A stretch of 64,000 nucleotides of DNA from an uncultured delta proteobacterium (GTDB lineage: Bacteria > Myxococcota > Myxococcia > Myxococcales > Anaeromyxobacteraceae), in the NCBI GenBank assembly GCA_963845515.1, contig CAWJSR010000015.1, positions 1 to 64,000 on the forward strand, in the 5' to 3' direction. Shown one piece after another: positions 1 to 10,178 of this stretch. Position 1 is the first letter of the stretch. Each line of letters opens with the position of its first letter. The notes below the pieces were generated by a model. It was not told where the DNA came from. It did no database searches and saw nothing but the letters and a program-made list of their open reading frames with translations. Made by a program: the position numbers and the translations under genes.

Positions 1-61
1 GGGTAGCGCCGGACGCATTGGTCTAGAATCGGAGCTGTCGGATCCGCCGAAGGGAGCAGCC

Positions 62-476
62 GTGGAACAGGACGTCCGGTGGAAGCAGCGCTTCCAGAAC
101 TTCGATCGCGCGGTCGTCTTGCTCCGCGAGCCCATCGCGCGGGACGTCACCACGCTCTCGAACCTCGAGAAGGAGGGCACCGTCCAGCGCTTCGAGTTCG
201 CGGTGGAGCTCGCGTGGAAGACGCTGAAGGACTACCTGGAGCACGAGGGGCGCGTCATCGCGCCCGTCACGCCGCGCAACGTCGTCAAGGAGGCCTTCGC
301 GGCTCGCGTTCTCGCCGACGGGCAGGTCTGGATCGACATGCTCGACCACCGGAACCTCCTGGCGCACACCTACGACGCAGTGGAGTTCGACAGGGCGGTC
401 CTGGCCATCAGGGATTCGATATCTCGCAGCGTTCGAGAACCTTCACGCCTGGCTGAAGGCACGAGCGCAGCCGTGA
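62..476 (+). CDS. HEPN-domain toxin, HI0074-type nucleotidyltransferase substrate-binding protein (apparent 1-nt insertion near 415)
   Basis: MEQDVRWKQRFQNF...EGTVQRFEFAVELAWKTLK and HEPN Rx4H motif RNLLAH. Removing one T in gggattcgat gives ...RDRYLAAFENLHAWLKARAQP-stop (TGA 474-476), overlapping the next GTG. Confidence 0.85.
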
Positions 477-772
477 CTGCGCCGGTCGGCCTCGCGCCCA
501 GTGAGCTGCTGCTCATCCGAGAGGTGCTGGCCCGGCATCCGGCCATCACCGGAGCCATCTTGTTCGGCTCGCGCGCCAAGGGCACCGCGGCGCCCGCGTC
601 GGACATCGACCTCGCGCTGGAGGGGATCGACGACCCGCTGCAGGCAGAGGCCATCGCCAGCGAGCTGGACGACCTGCCCCTGCCGTACCACTTCGACGTC
701 ACCGCGCTCGCCGCCATCCGCAGTCAGCCCTTGCGCGAGCACATCGCTCGGGTCGGGACGAGGATCCGCTGA
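473..772 (+). CDS. Minimal nucleotidyltransferase (MNT) antitoxin
   Basis: LFGSRAKGTAAPASDIDL (GSx10DxD motif); 99 aa; GTGA overlap with the corrected HEPN stop. Confidence 0.85.
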   Translation: MTAPVGLAPSELLLIREVLARHPAITGAILFGSRAKGTAAPASDIDLALEGIDDPLQAEAIASELDDLPLPYHFDVTALAAIRSQPLREHIARVGTRIR

Positions 773-986
773 CCGACCGAGCGAGCGAGCTTCCGACAGC
801 ATCGCCGCCGCTACATCCTCCCGTACGGCCGCAGGTAGGGACACCTTCGGCAGCGCTCCCGGAAGTTGGCGCACCGTACCGCGGGTCGTCCGATGGCCCC
901 CCTGCCGATGGCTGACCGGAACCCGAGAACCCGGCGAAGTGGGAACCCTTAACAGAATCAGAGGCCGCCAGCGGACACACCAGCAC

Positions 987-1034
987 GTCGGGCTCGCGGT
1001 GGTCGCCCTTGAGACATTCCACCGCAAGCCCGAC
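987..1034. repeat. Inverted repeat between convergent genes (possible bidirectional terminator)
   Basis: GTCGGGCTCGCGGTGG / CCACCGCAAGCCCGAC, 15 of 16 Watson-Crick pairs, 16-nt loop. Confidence 0.5.
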
Positions 1035-1103
1035 AATGATTCGCTCAGGCCATGCCATCGGCGCGATACATGGCCCTTCGTCGCGTCGGCGACCCCACGC
1101 GCA

Positions 1104-2528
1104 CTACTTCTGTCCGCCTTGCACGAAGGTTGCTGTCACCGCCTTCGCGGCGTCCATCGAGACGACGCACGCGGCCGTTCCCCCGCACGCGCCGGACCAC
1201 CCGGCGAACCGGATTCCGCCCTTCGCCGGCGTCGCGCTCATCGAAACAACTGTGCCGTGAGTGTACGTCGATACGCACGTGCCTGTCGCGCACGTGAATC
1301 CATCGTCAGCCGCGATCGAGCCATCACCCTCCACGGTCGCCGAAAGCGTGTAGTGGTTCAGCGCGAAGTCCGCTTGGACGTACACTGGAAGAGCGCTGCC
1401 CACCATGATTTGGCAGGGCTCGAGCCCCGAGCACCCGCCAGACCACCCAGCAAAGGTCGACCCGATTTCAGGGGCGGCGGTCAGCGACATGAGGCTTCCA
1501 TCCAGGAAGTAGCTCTCGCAGTGCTGCCCGACTGCGCAAATGAACGCGGCGGGATTGCTCGTTACGACACCCGCCCCGTCTCCGAAGACAGACGCTCTGA
1601 CTTGGGACGAGTCGCGCAGCACGGCGCTGCGTACGCCTCCGGCATGAATCGAGATCGCGGTTGCATGAAGGCCGGTGGGGACTATTGATTGTCCGTAGTC
1701 GCTTCGGCCCCATCCAACCACCGTGCCGTCTTCCTTGAGCGCGAGGTTGTGCTGACCCCCCGCCTGGACGGCGACCACGTGGTCCAGGCCGGCAGGGACG
1801 CTCGTCTCCCCAGCGAAGTTGGAGCCCCACGCGACGACAGTCCCATCGTACCTCAACGCGAGCGCATGAGTATAACCTGCGGCGATGGCCACGACGCCGC
1901 TCAGGCCTTCGGGCGGCGTCCACTGTCCTTAGTCGTTCTGAGTGCCCCAGCCAACGACAGTCCCGTCGGACCTCAGCGCGAGGCTGTAGTAGAAGCCAGC
2001 AGCGATGGCAACGACGTTGGTCAGGCCGCCGGGGACGGTCCCCCCATCATTTGCCGGCCACGCGACCACGGTGTTGTCTGACGCGATCGCGAGGCTGTGG
2101 TTACCGCCGGCTGCGATGGCCTTCACACCGATCAGTGGTGGGGGAGGGGGGAGTTCGCCCGCGTAGTACTCGCCCCAGCTGACGATGGTCCCGTCGGCGG
2201 TGAGCGCCAAGCTATGGTTCATGCCGGCCGAGATGGCAACCACGCCGGTGAGGCCCGGAGGAACGGCGGTCCTAGCGCCGCCTTCCGGCCAGGCGATCAC
2301 TGTGCCGTTCGCCTTGAGGGCCAGGTTGTGATACACGCCCGCGGAAATGGCCGAGATCACCTCGCCCTCCGGCAGGGCGGCGGGGGCGGAGTTCTCCCCG
2401 GCCCGGTCAAGCCCCCACGCGAGGAAGTGCGGCACTGTTCCGGATGCCTCTGACTGCGACGGCACGCCCGCAAGTGCGGCGAGCAGCATTGCCGACGCTA
2501 CCCTAAACCCCATGCGACTCATTGTCAT
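1104..2528 (-). CDS. Secreted RCC1-repeat beta-propeller protein with two C-terminal InlB-B-like/bacterial repeats; internal in-frame TAA at 1929-1931
   Basis: AAGGAG RBS before ATG 2528; signal peptide; six [IV]xAGxxH/YxLALxxDGTVxxW repeats; two LTAxPxxGxxFAGWSGxC-type repeats. ORFs 1929-2690 and 1104-1892 share a frame, and the stop sits where a sister repeat has Tyr (ND*GQ vs SDYGQ). Confidence 0.8.
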
Positions 2529-2866
2529 GCCACTCCTTGATCGACAGCCGAGCCAGCTCTGTCGACGGACGTAGGAAGACGAGCTCACGCGCAGTATATG
2601 TTGACCCAGCGCAAAGATGCACGTTTCGTGACCTTGGAGCGGGCGGCCGCGCCCGCCGGATCCTCCGCACATGTTGCAGGTGTTGAGCAAGGTTACGCAA
2701 TGCGGTCGTAGGCAGGAGCCCGCGTGTCACGCGCTCCCGGCTTCGCGAACTCCAACGCTTTGCCGGTGTACGGCACCCGAGTCGTCGGGGGCCTCGGGGC
2801 ACCGGCTCTCCTGGGAAGGTTTGCAGCGGATCCTGGTTTCGCCGCCTTCCGTGCTAGCTTCGGCGC

Positions 2867-5200
2867 GTGCCGTCAGAGACCGCACCGAGCTCGCCTGCAC
2901 CGCCGCTTCTTTCTCGGGCCACCTGGTGGCCCGCGCTCGCCGTCGTCGTCGCGCTCCCGGCTATCTCCGCCGCGCTTTCAGGCAAGTCGATGGCCTATCG
3001 CGACACGGCGCTTCTCTATGCCCCCATGCGTTCTCTGGTGGCCGAGGCGCTGCGGGCCGGGCACCTGCCGCTCTGGAATCCCTACGAGGGGATCGGCAAG
3101 CCGCTGTTCGCCGAGGGAATCCACGGCGTGCTCCACCCCCTCTCCCTCGTCGCTGGGCTCTTGGACCCCGGCGGCGTGGACCTGCTCATCGCTCTCTACC
3201 TCGTCTCTGCGGCGCTCGGCACCTTTGCGCTCGCGCGCGAGCTGGGCCTAGATCGGCCCAAGGCCTTCCTTGCAGGGACGGCCTTCGCACTCTCCGGCTT
3301 CGGCGTCTCGATGACCGGCAACCTCGTCTTCCTCGCGGGGGTGGCGAGCATGCCTTGGCAGGTGGCGGCGCTCGCGGCCGTGGGGCGCTCGGCGCGCCTG
3401 TCTATCCCCGCCGCCGCCCTTGCGACGGCGGTCACCCTCTTCTCGGGAGACACGCAGATGGCCGCAGTCTCCGCGCTGTTCGGCGGCGCCATCGCGGCCG
3501 AGCGCGCCGGGTGGCGTGCGGTCGCGCGAGTCTGCGCCGCAACGGTCATCGGTGGCCTCCTGGCGGCCGTTCAGATCCTCCCCACGTTCGCAGCGCTCGA
3601 CGTTTCGGCCCGCAGCGCTGGGCTCCAGCCCGTCGAATCCAACCAGTTCGCCTTCCCGCCTTGGCGCCTCATCGAGTTGCTGGTCCCCGGGGTCTTCGTG
3701 CGGCTCGACGGCGTGCCGTCTTCCGAGGTCTTCCGCTGGCTCGGCGGTCCCTTCGCGGCCGGAAACGAACTGCCCTTTTGCCCAAGCGTCTATCTCGGGG
3801 TACCGGTGGTTGCCCTCGCGGCCTGTGCACCGCTCCGTGACGGCCGGGTGAAGATCCTCGCCGCCGCGGCCTTGGTCTTCCTTTGGCTCGCCTTCGGACA
3901 CTTCGCGGGCGCGCGCCAGGCGCTGGAGTGGGTCCCGCTCTGGAGCCGCTTCCGATACGCGGAGAAGTTGGTCGCCCCGCTCTCGCTCTCGCTCGCCCTC
4001 CTCGCCGCCTTCGGAGCGAACGGGGTGGATGGCACGGGGCCGGACCGTCGGCGCTTCCTCGTCACCACCGGGATCTGCGTGGCCCTCGCCCTCGCTGCGC
4101 TCGGCGTCTCCTCTATCATCACCGACTCCCCAGGGCGCGCCGCAGCACACCTCGCCTCCAACATCCAGCACGGGCTGCCACACGTGCTCATCGGGTCCGC
4201 CGCGATGGTGGCGGCAGGTCTGCTGCGCCGAGCGCGAGGCGCGCTGCTCGGAGCCGCCGTCGCGGCGTCCCTCCTGGCAGCCGTGCCATTCGCCCGCGTG
4301 CTCATGCCCCTGCAGCCGTGCCATGCGTGGCCCGGCGCTCTCGCCGCCAATCCGCCGGGGGCTCGTCTCATCCTCCCCTACTTCACGCCGCACGTGGACT
4401 TCATGGGGCCCGAAGCGTCGTACGCTGACGTGTTGGCCAGCATCGCGTGTCAGCTCGCCACGGTCGCGGGACCAGCCCAAAACGTGCGTGATCGAGTCGA
4501 CAGCTTCTGGAGCTACGGTGGTCTCGGCTCGCACCGGCTCTCGACGATGGCTACCGCGCTACCCGGCCAGTGGGCGCGGGGTTCCCGCCATTTCTCGGTA
4601 ACGCACGCCTCCCTCGTGAGGTGGGCGTCCTCCGAGGAACAGGAGAGCTACCGCGCGGCCACCTCGGGAGGCCGCCTCGTCACCGCGGATCGCGGCCACA
4701 CGATCGAGCTCCACGCCGTTCCACACCTCCCGTGGGCCCGGTTCGCTCCGGAGGTCACTCTTGCCGCGGGGCTGGATGAGGCGGCCGAGCTGTTCGCCTC
4801 CGTCATACCATCGGGCCGGGACGTCGTCGTCGTGGAGTCAGCCTCGACCATCCCCATCGGGCAAGGGCTCGTCCGCTCCCAATCCCGCCAACCAGAGCAC
4901 CTCGCCCTCGAGGTTGACGCCTTCTCAGAGGGGCTTCTCGTCGTGAACGACGCATTCTGGCCCGGCTGGGTCGCTCGTATCGATGGTCGCGAGGTTCCGC
5001 TCCTGGCTTCCAACGTGATAGCCAGGGGTGTCGTTGTTCCTGCGGGGCGCCACGTGGTGACGATGGACTACGAGCCCTTCGAGCTTCGCGCCGGTTTCGC
5101 GCTCTCGTCGCTCGGCGCGCTGGTCCTGGCCGCGCTGATCGCGATCGAGGCGCGCCCGCATCTCCGCATCCGCATCCCACCGCAGTCAGCCCCTGCGTGA
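2867..5200 (+). CDS. YfhO-family polytopic membrane protein (GT-C-type glycosyltransferase-like)
   Basis: RD motif after TM1, GHLPLWNPYEGIGKP, many TM helices, C-terminal GLLVVNDAFWPGWVARIDG...RGVVVPAGRHVV. Confidence 0.8.
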   Translation: MPSETAPSSPAPPLLSRATWWPALAVVVALPAISAALSGKSMAYRDTALLYAPMRSLVAEALRAGHLPLWNPYEGIGKPLFAEGIHGVLHPLSLVAGLLDPGGVDLLIALYLVSAALGTFALARELGLDRPKAFLAGTAFALSGFGVSMTGNLVFLAGVASMPWQVAALAAVGRSARLSIPAAALATAVTLFSGDTQMAAVSALFGGAIAAERAGWRAVARVCAATVIGGLLAAVQILPTFAALDVSARSAGLQPVESNQFAFPPWRLIELLVPGVFVRLDGVPSSEVFRWLGGPFAAGNELPFCPSVYLGVPVVALAACAPLRDGRVKILAAAALVFLWLAFGHFAGARQALEWVPLWSRFRYAEKLVAPLSLSLALLAAFGANGVDGTGPDRRRFLVTTGICVALALAALGVSSIITDSPGRAAAHLASNIQHGLPHVLIGSAAMVAAGLLRRARGALLGAAVAASLLAAVPFARVLMPLQPCHAWPGALAANPPGARLILPYFTPHVDFMGPEASYADVLASIACQLATVAGPAQNVRDRVDSFWSYGGLGSHRLSTMATALPGQWARGSRHFSVTHASLVRWASSEEQESYRAATSGGRLVTADRGHTIELHAVPHLPWARFAPEVTLAAGLDEAAELFASVIPSGRDVVVVESASTIPIGQGLVRSQSRQPEHLALEVDAFSEGLLVVNDAFWPGWVARIDGREVPLLASNVIARGVVVPAGRHVVTMDYEPFELRAGFALSSLGALVLAALIAIEARPHLRIRIPPQSAPA

Positions 5201-5227
5201 GCACGTCGCGCGGGTCGGGACGAGGAT

Positions 5228-5689
5228 TCACCGGCGAGGTGGGTGAGCCGGGTGGGGAGCGCCGGCCGGCGCGAAGGCCGCGCGGAACGGCGCCGGCACC
5301 GTGACCACGCGCCGCGTCGCGTAGTCGAAGAAGACGATCCCGGTCTTCACGCGGGCGATCTCGGCGCCGGTGGCGACGTCGGTGATCCGGTGGAGGAGGT
5401 CGCAGGCGCGGGAGCGCAGCTCCGCCACGGCCACGTCGACCTTGAGGATCATGCCGTGGAAGCCCTCGGCCCTGTAGACGATCGCCGCGTCGGCCATGAT
5501 GATGCCGGCCCCCGCGACGTCCAGCTCCGTCCAGCCGTGCGCCGCGAGGAAGCGGACGCGGGCCTCGTGGACGATCGAGAGGATGGCGTCGTTCCCGACG
5601 TGGCCGCCGTAGTTGAGGTCGGTGATGCGGACCGGGATCTCGGTGGAGAACGGGAAGGAGTCAGGGAGCGGGACGTCGACGCGCGCCAT
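5228..5689 (-). CDS. Acyl-CoA thioesterase (4HBT/hotdog fold)
   Basis: VRITDLNYGGHVGND motif; 153 aa. Confidence 0.85.
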   Translation of the reverse strand: MARVDVPLPDSFPFSTEIPVRITDLNYGGHVGNDAILSIVHEARVRFLAAHGWTELDVAGAGIIMADAAIVYRAEGFHGMILKVDVAVAELRSRACDLLHRITDVATGAEIARVKTGIVFFDYATRRVVTVPAPFRAAFAPAGAPHPAHPPRR

Positions 5690-5698
5690 GGCGATCCC

Positions 5699-6637
5699 CT
5701 AGAGCCGCCCGCACGGGCGCCGGTACGGACAGCGCCGGCACTGGTCGCGCGCGTCGAGCTGCGGGAAGTCGGTGGAATCGGCGACGTTCCGGGCGGGGTC
5801 CCGGAGCGCGGCGCGCATCGCCGCGATGCTGCTCCGCATCTCGCCTTCGCACCGTCCGAGGGCCTCGTCGTCGACGCTCACCTCCACCCGCTCCCCCGCC
5901 CGCGCGCCGTCGGCGCCGTTCCCGACGAGGTAGACGAGCCCGCCGACCACCCCCTCCGCGCTCGTCCCCCACTTGTTCCGGGCGTAGAGGGCGTAGGAGC
6001 CGACCTGCAGGTGGTCGACGCCGCGCTCCTTCCCCGTCTTCCAGTCGAGGACGTGGACGCGGCCGCCGTCGTCGCGGAAGGCGAAGTCGATCGCCATCCA
6101 GATCTTCGACCCCTCGAAGACCCACGAGTCGAGCCGATCGATCGTGAGCCAGGCGTCGCGCGGCGTGCGGCGGATCTCCTCCAGCGTCGGGCTCGCGCAG
6201 AAGGCCCTGAGCCCCCCCTCGATCACCTGGTCGTAGAGCCGCCTCCACTCGTCGTCCGCGACCGGCTCGCCATACTCGTGCTCGACGAGCCCCACGATCC
6301 TGGACGACTCGCGCCAGTAGCTCTTGTCCCGCGAGCCTGCCCACTGGGCGCGGGCGCGCTCACGCGTCCGCTGCACGAGCTGGTCGACGGGGGTGAACTC
6401 TCCCCTGAGCCTGGCCCGCTCCAGGAGCTGACGGATCGCGTCGTGCACGATCGAGCCGGCCCACTGCCACCGGGTCGAGAGCTTCTTCAGGACGTAGAGC
6501 TCGCGCACCGGCGAGCCGTCCTTCGCCTCCCAGCCTCCCCAGCTGCCGTAGTAGGTGTAGAAGTACGCGCGCCGACACTCCTTGAACTTCTCGTGCCGCG
6601 ACTTGGACCAGGAGAACTCGTTCTGTAGATCGGCCAT
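5699..6637 (-). CDS. PD-(D/E)XK nuclease, RecB/Cas4-like, with predicted Fe-S staple
   Basis: N-terminal SWS...ECRR...GSIVH; IDF...VLDWKTGK; QVGSY; C-terminal CRRCPYRRPC. Confidence 0.8.
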   Translation of the reverse strand: MADLQNEFSWSKSRHEKFKECRRAYFYTYYGSWGGWEAKDGSPVRELYVLKKLSTRWQWAGSIVHDAIRQLLERARLRGEFTPVDQLVQRTRERARAQWAGSRDKSYWRESSRIVGLVEHEYGEPVADDEWRRLYDQVIEGGLRAFCASPTLEEIRRTPRDAWLTIDRLDSWVFEGSKIWMAIDFAFRDDGGRVHVLDWKTGKERGVDHLQVGSYALYARNKWGTSAEGVVGGLVYLVGNGADGARAGERVEVSVDDEALGRCEGEMRSSIAAMRAALRDPARNVADSTDFPQLDARDQCRRCPYRRPCGRL

Positions 6638-6747
6638 GTGGTTGGGGCGCCCAGCCTTCGGGCCTGCGGCCGAGTATACAGGGTGGCTCTGGCACCTTGC
6701 GCTCCCGGCAGTTGCGCGGGTCGCTCGCGAGCGTATCCTCCCTGGGC

Positions 6748-7149
6748 ATGGGAGTCCCCGCGCCCCACCCGCTCCGCATCCTCATCGCCGACGACGAGCC
6801 CGCGGTGCTGATGCTCTACGCGCGGTACGCGGAGAAGCGTGGCCACGCGACGCTCCTCGCCCGCGACGGCGCGGAGGCGCTGGTGATCGCCGCCTCCGAG
6901 CTGCCGGACATAATCTTCCTCGACGTCGCGATGCCCAAGCTCGATGGGCGCGACGTGCTCCGCCAGCTCAAGGCCAACGCCCACACGCGGGAGATCCCGG
7001 TGCTGGTCATCACCGCGTCCGGTGGCGAGCAGAACCTCCGCACGCTCCTGTCCGAGCTGGGGGCGGCGGACGTGCTGGAGAAGCCGGTCGACCTGCCCAT
7101 CGCGTTCGCGAAGGCGGAGCGGATCGCCCGGCGCACCGACGGCCCGTAG
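6748..7149 (+). CDS. Single-domain response regulator (CheY-like receiver)
   Basis: ILIADDE, PDIIFLDVAMPKLDG, VITAS, LEKP. Confidence 0.9.
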   Translation: MGVPAPHPLRILIADDEPAVLMLYARYAEKRGHATLLARDGAEALVIAASELPDIIFLDVAMPKLDGRDVLRQLKANAHTREIPVLVITASGGEQNLRTLLSELGAADVLEKPVDLPIAFAKAERIARRTDGP

Positions 7150-7166
7150 CGCCCGCCGCGGACGCT

Positions 7167-8408
7167 TCAGCCGCCCGCCACGACCCGCATGCCCTTCGGG
7201 ATCACGACGATCCCCTTCTCGGTGACGCTGAAGCGGCGGCGATCGGCCTCCTCGTCGTAGCCGATGACCGTGCCGGCAGGCACCTCGACGTGCTTGTCGA
7301 TGATCGCACGCCGGATCCGGCAGTGGCGCCCGATGTTCACGTTCTCGAAGATGATGCAGTCGTCGACCTTCGTGAAGGAGTTGATGCGCACCTTCGGAGA
7401 CAGGATCGAGTGGTGCACCTGGCCGCCGGAGATGATGCAGCCCTCCGAGACCAGCGAGTCGGTCGCGCGCCCCACGCGCCCCTCGCCCTCGTTCGCGAAG
7501 ACGAACTTGGAGGGAGGGTAGTTGTTGCGGGCCGTGTAGATGGGCCACCGGTCGTTGTAGAGCGAGAAGATCGGGTCGACGTCCACGAGGTCCATGTTGG
7601 ACTGGTAGTACGTGTCGATCGTGCCGACGTCTCGCCAGTAACCGCGCTCCTTCTCCCCCTGGCCGGGGACCACGTTCGTCGCGAAGTCGTACACGAAGAC
7701 CGGCCGCGTCTTGTACATCGACGTCACGATCGACTTGCCGAAGTCGTGGGCGCTGCCCGTGTCACCGGCGTCCTTCACGATCTCGCGGAAGAGCGAGTCG
7801 GTCGTGAAGATGTAGTTCCCCATCGACGCGAGGCAGCGCGTGGGGTCGCCCGGGATGGTCTTCGGGTTCACCTTCGGCTTCTCCTCGAAGCCGATCATCC
7901 GTCCCTCGGCGTCCACCTCGATGATCCCGAACTGGTCGGCCGCGGCGACCGACACCGGGATGGCCGCGACGGTCAGGTCGGCCTTCCGGTCCACGTGGAA
8001 GTCGAGCATCTGCCGCACGTCCATGCGGTAGACGTGGTCGGAGCCGAAGACGAAGGTGTAGTCGGGCTGCTCGTCGGTGATGATGTTGAGGTTCTGGTAG
8101 ATGGCGTCGGCCGAGCCTTCGAACCACTTGGGGCCGACCCGCATCTGCGCCGGGACGATCTCGACGTACTGGTCGAGGAAGGCGCTGAGCCGCCACGCGC
8201 GCTGCACGTGCGTATTCAGTGACTCCGACTTGTACTGGACCAGCACCTTCATCTTGAGGATGCCGGAGTTGGCGAAGTTGGAGAGGACGAAGTCCAGGAT
8301 GCGGTAGCGGCCGCCGAACGGCACCGCTGGCTTCGCCCGCTCCCGCGTCAGCGGATCGAGCCGCCGGCCTTCACCACCTGCGAGGATCATCGCCAAGAGC
8401 TTCGCCAT
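7167..8408 (-). CDS. glgC: Glucose-1-phosphate adenylyltransferase
   Basis: [48 protein letters not shown]-terminal beta-helix. Confidence 0.97.
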   Translation of the reverse strand: MAKLLAMILAGGEGRRLDPLTRERAKPAVPFGGRYRILDFVLSNFANSGILKMKVLVQYKSESLNTHVQRAWRLSAFLDQYVEIVPAQMRVGPKWFEGSADAIYQNLNIITDEQPDYTFVFGSDHVYRMDVRQMLDFHVDRKADLTVAAIPVSVAAADQFGIIEVDAEGRMIGFEEKPKVNPKTIPGDPTRCLASMGNYIFTTDSLFREIVKDAGDTGSAHDFGKSIVTSMYKTRPVFVYDFATNVVPGQGEKERGYWRDVGTIDTYYQSNMDLVDVDPIFSLYNDRWPIYTARNNYPPSKFVFANEGEGRVGRATDSLVSEGCIISGGQVHHSILSPKVRINSFTKVDDCIIFENVNIGRHCRIRRAIIDKHVEVPAGTVIGYDEEADRRRFSVTEKGIVVIPKGMRVVAGG

Positions 8409-8584
8409 CGCGCCTCCGGTGGGGTGGGACCAAGGACTCTATGCAGCGGTCGGCCGACCCCGCAAGGAACAGGCCGCTCGCCCCCTAAGGGGTACCGCTC
8501 CGGTCCTTCGGAGTGCCGGCCATTCACGAGGCGTTGCGATCCTGCGTCTTGACGGACCGTCACGACTCGGGCGTACTCGTCTCC

Positions 8585-9440
8585 ATGCGCAAGCTCGCCC
8601 TCGCCCTCGCCCTCGCCTCGGTCGCCGCTGGCTGCTCCCACAAGAAGCCCCGGCCGCCGCCCACCGGCCCCAATCCCCGTGGCGCTGCCGAAGATCGCGT
8701 TCGAGGGCGCAAAGGTCGACGAGTTCAAGTTCACCCAGGCGCTCATGACCTTCCAGTGCCGGGTCGACAACCCCAACCCCTTCCCGCTCTCGGTTTCGCG
8801 CGTCCGCTTCGGCCTCCTGCTAGAGGGCAGGCCGGCCGCGCAGGGGGAGGTGGCGACCGCGTTCGCCATCCCGGCGATGGCGCCCGACCTCGTCCCCGGG
8901 TCCGGCTCGATCACCTTCCCCGTGGCGATCCGGTTCGGCTCCGTCCCCGGGTTCGCCAAGGTCATGGCGACGCAGAAGGAGGCCGCGTACGCCTTCACCG
9001 GCGCCGTCGCCTTCAGCACCCCGCACGGCGTCGTCGAGGTCCCGATCCAGGGCGGAGGGATGCTCGCGGTCCCGCGGATGCCGGACGTCGAGGTGGCGCG
9101 GTTCACGCTGCGCTCGATGTCGCCGACCGAGGTGGTGCTGGAGCTTCGGGTCAAGGTGGGGAACACCAACGGCTTCCCGCTCCCCTCCGCGACCCTCGAC
9201 TACGCGCTGATCGTCTCCAAGAAGGAGATCGCGCACGCGGTCGGTCGGCTGGAGGCGCCGATCGCCCCTGGCGAGAGCGCGGAGCTCGTCGTCCCCATCA
9301 AGATCTCCATCCTGAAGGCGGGGAAGGCCGCGGCGCGCTTCCTCCTGCCCTTCGCGAGCCTGAAGGTCGCGCTCAAGGGCGGCTTCAACTTCGACGGCGT
9401 CCCGCTCCCGCTCGACCTCGACGCGGACGTGCTGTCGTCT
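8585..9440 (+). CDS. LEA type 2 / WHy tandem-domain lipoprotein (frameshift near 8650-8675; 3' end unresolved)
   Basis: Lipobox MRKLALALALASVAAGC; then in another frame two WHy-like domains (VDNPNPFPL, VGNTNGFPL); no in-frame stop after ...LDLDADVL. Confidence 0.7.
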
Positions 9441-9680
9441 TCATTTCGGACCTCCTCGCCGGATAGGGCGATGTGCCCGGCAAACCGGCTGAGGTGGCCT
9501 TGTCCCTTGAACGGGAGACACCGGCCATGGAACACATGGGGTGCGACACGCACCGCCAGTGCTAAGCGCGCCAAGTTGCTGCGAGTGCCCGGCCAGACCA
9601 CCATCGGGGAGCCTGCGGCACGCCTCCACTCTGCGTCCGGAACCCCCGAGCGTACTGGTCCTTCCCGGAGACGATCAGCC

Positions 9681-10166
9681 CTACCCCGGTCGCAGCAGCG
9701 GCCCGTGGCTCGCCTCGTGGGCGAGGAGCCACCGCTTCTTCTCCAGTCCGCCGCCGTAACCGCCCAGCGCGCCGCCCGCCGCCACGACGCGGTGGCAGGG
9801 GACCAGGATCACGACCGGGTTCTCGTGGTTCGCGCCGCCGATGGCGCGGGCCGCCCCCGGGCGCCCGATGCGCGCCGCCACCTCGCCGTAGCTCTGCGTC
9901 TCTCCCCACGGGATCTGGAGCAGCGCCCGCCAGACGGCGCGCTGGAAGTCGCTGCCGCGCAGCTCCAGCGGCGGCAGCGTCGGAGGCTTCCCCGCGAAGT
10001 ACTCCTTGAGCGCCCGCCGTGTCGCCTCCAGGTGGGCGTCTTCGGCCGAAGTGCGCGGCGTCCGCGGCGTACCCTGTGCACCGAAGCGGAGCGCCCGCAG
10101 GCCGCCGTCGTCCACCTCGATCGTGAGGGTGCCTACTGGAGAGCGGTAGCGAGCGCAGGCGGCCAT
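9681..10166 (-). CDS. ogt: Methylated-DNA--protein-cysteine S-methyltransferase
   Basis: GSDFQRAVW...IPWGETQSYG...ARAIGGA...VPCHRVV. Confidence 0.95.
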   Translation of the reverse strand: MAACARYRSPVGTLTIEVDDGGLRALRFGAQGTPRTPRTSAEDAHLEATRRALKEYFAGKPPTLPPLELRGSDFQRAVWRALLQIPWGETQSYGEVAARIGRPGAARAIGGANHENPVVILVPCHRVVAAGGALGGYGGGLEKKRWLLAHEASHGPLLRPG

Positions 10167-10178
10167 CGGTACTCGACG

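Noticed and set aside
940..1034. Integron attC site near the TA module
   Set aside because: No RYYYAAC/GTTRRRY pair bounds the hairpin and there is no cassette array.
1929..1931. Stop-codon recoding (Sec/Pyl) in the RCC1 gene
   Set aside because: The codon is TAA, not TGA or TAG, and aligns with Tyr in a sister repeat; a substitution or base-call error is simpler.
5699..6637. CRISPR-Cas locus suggested by the Cas4-like gene
   Set aside because: No repeat-spacer array or other cas gene is visible in the window.
9476..9530. c-di-GMP-I riboswitch suggested by GGCAAACC
   Set aside because: The following GNRA-capped stem and GACGCAAAGC-type elements are absent, and no plus-strand gene follows.
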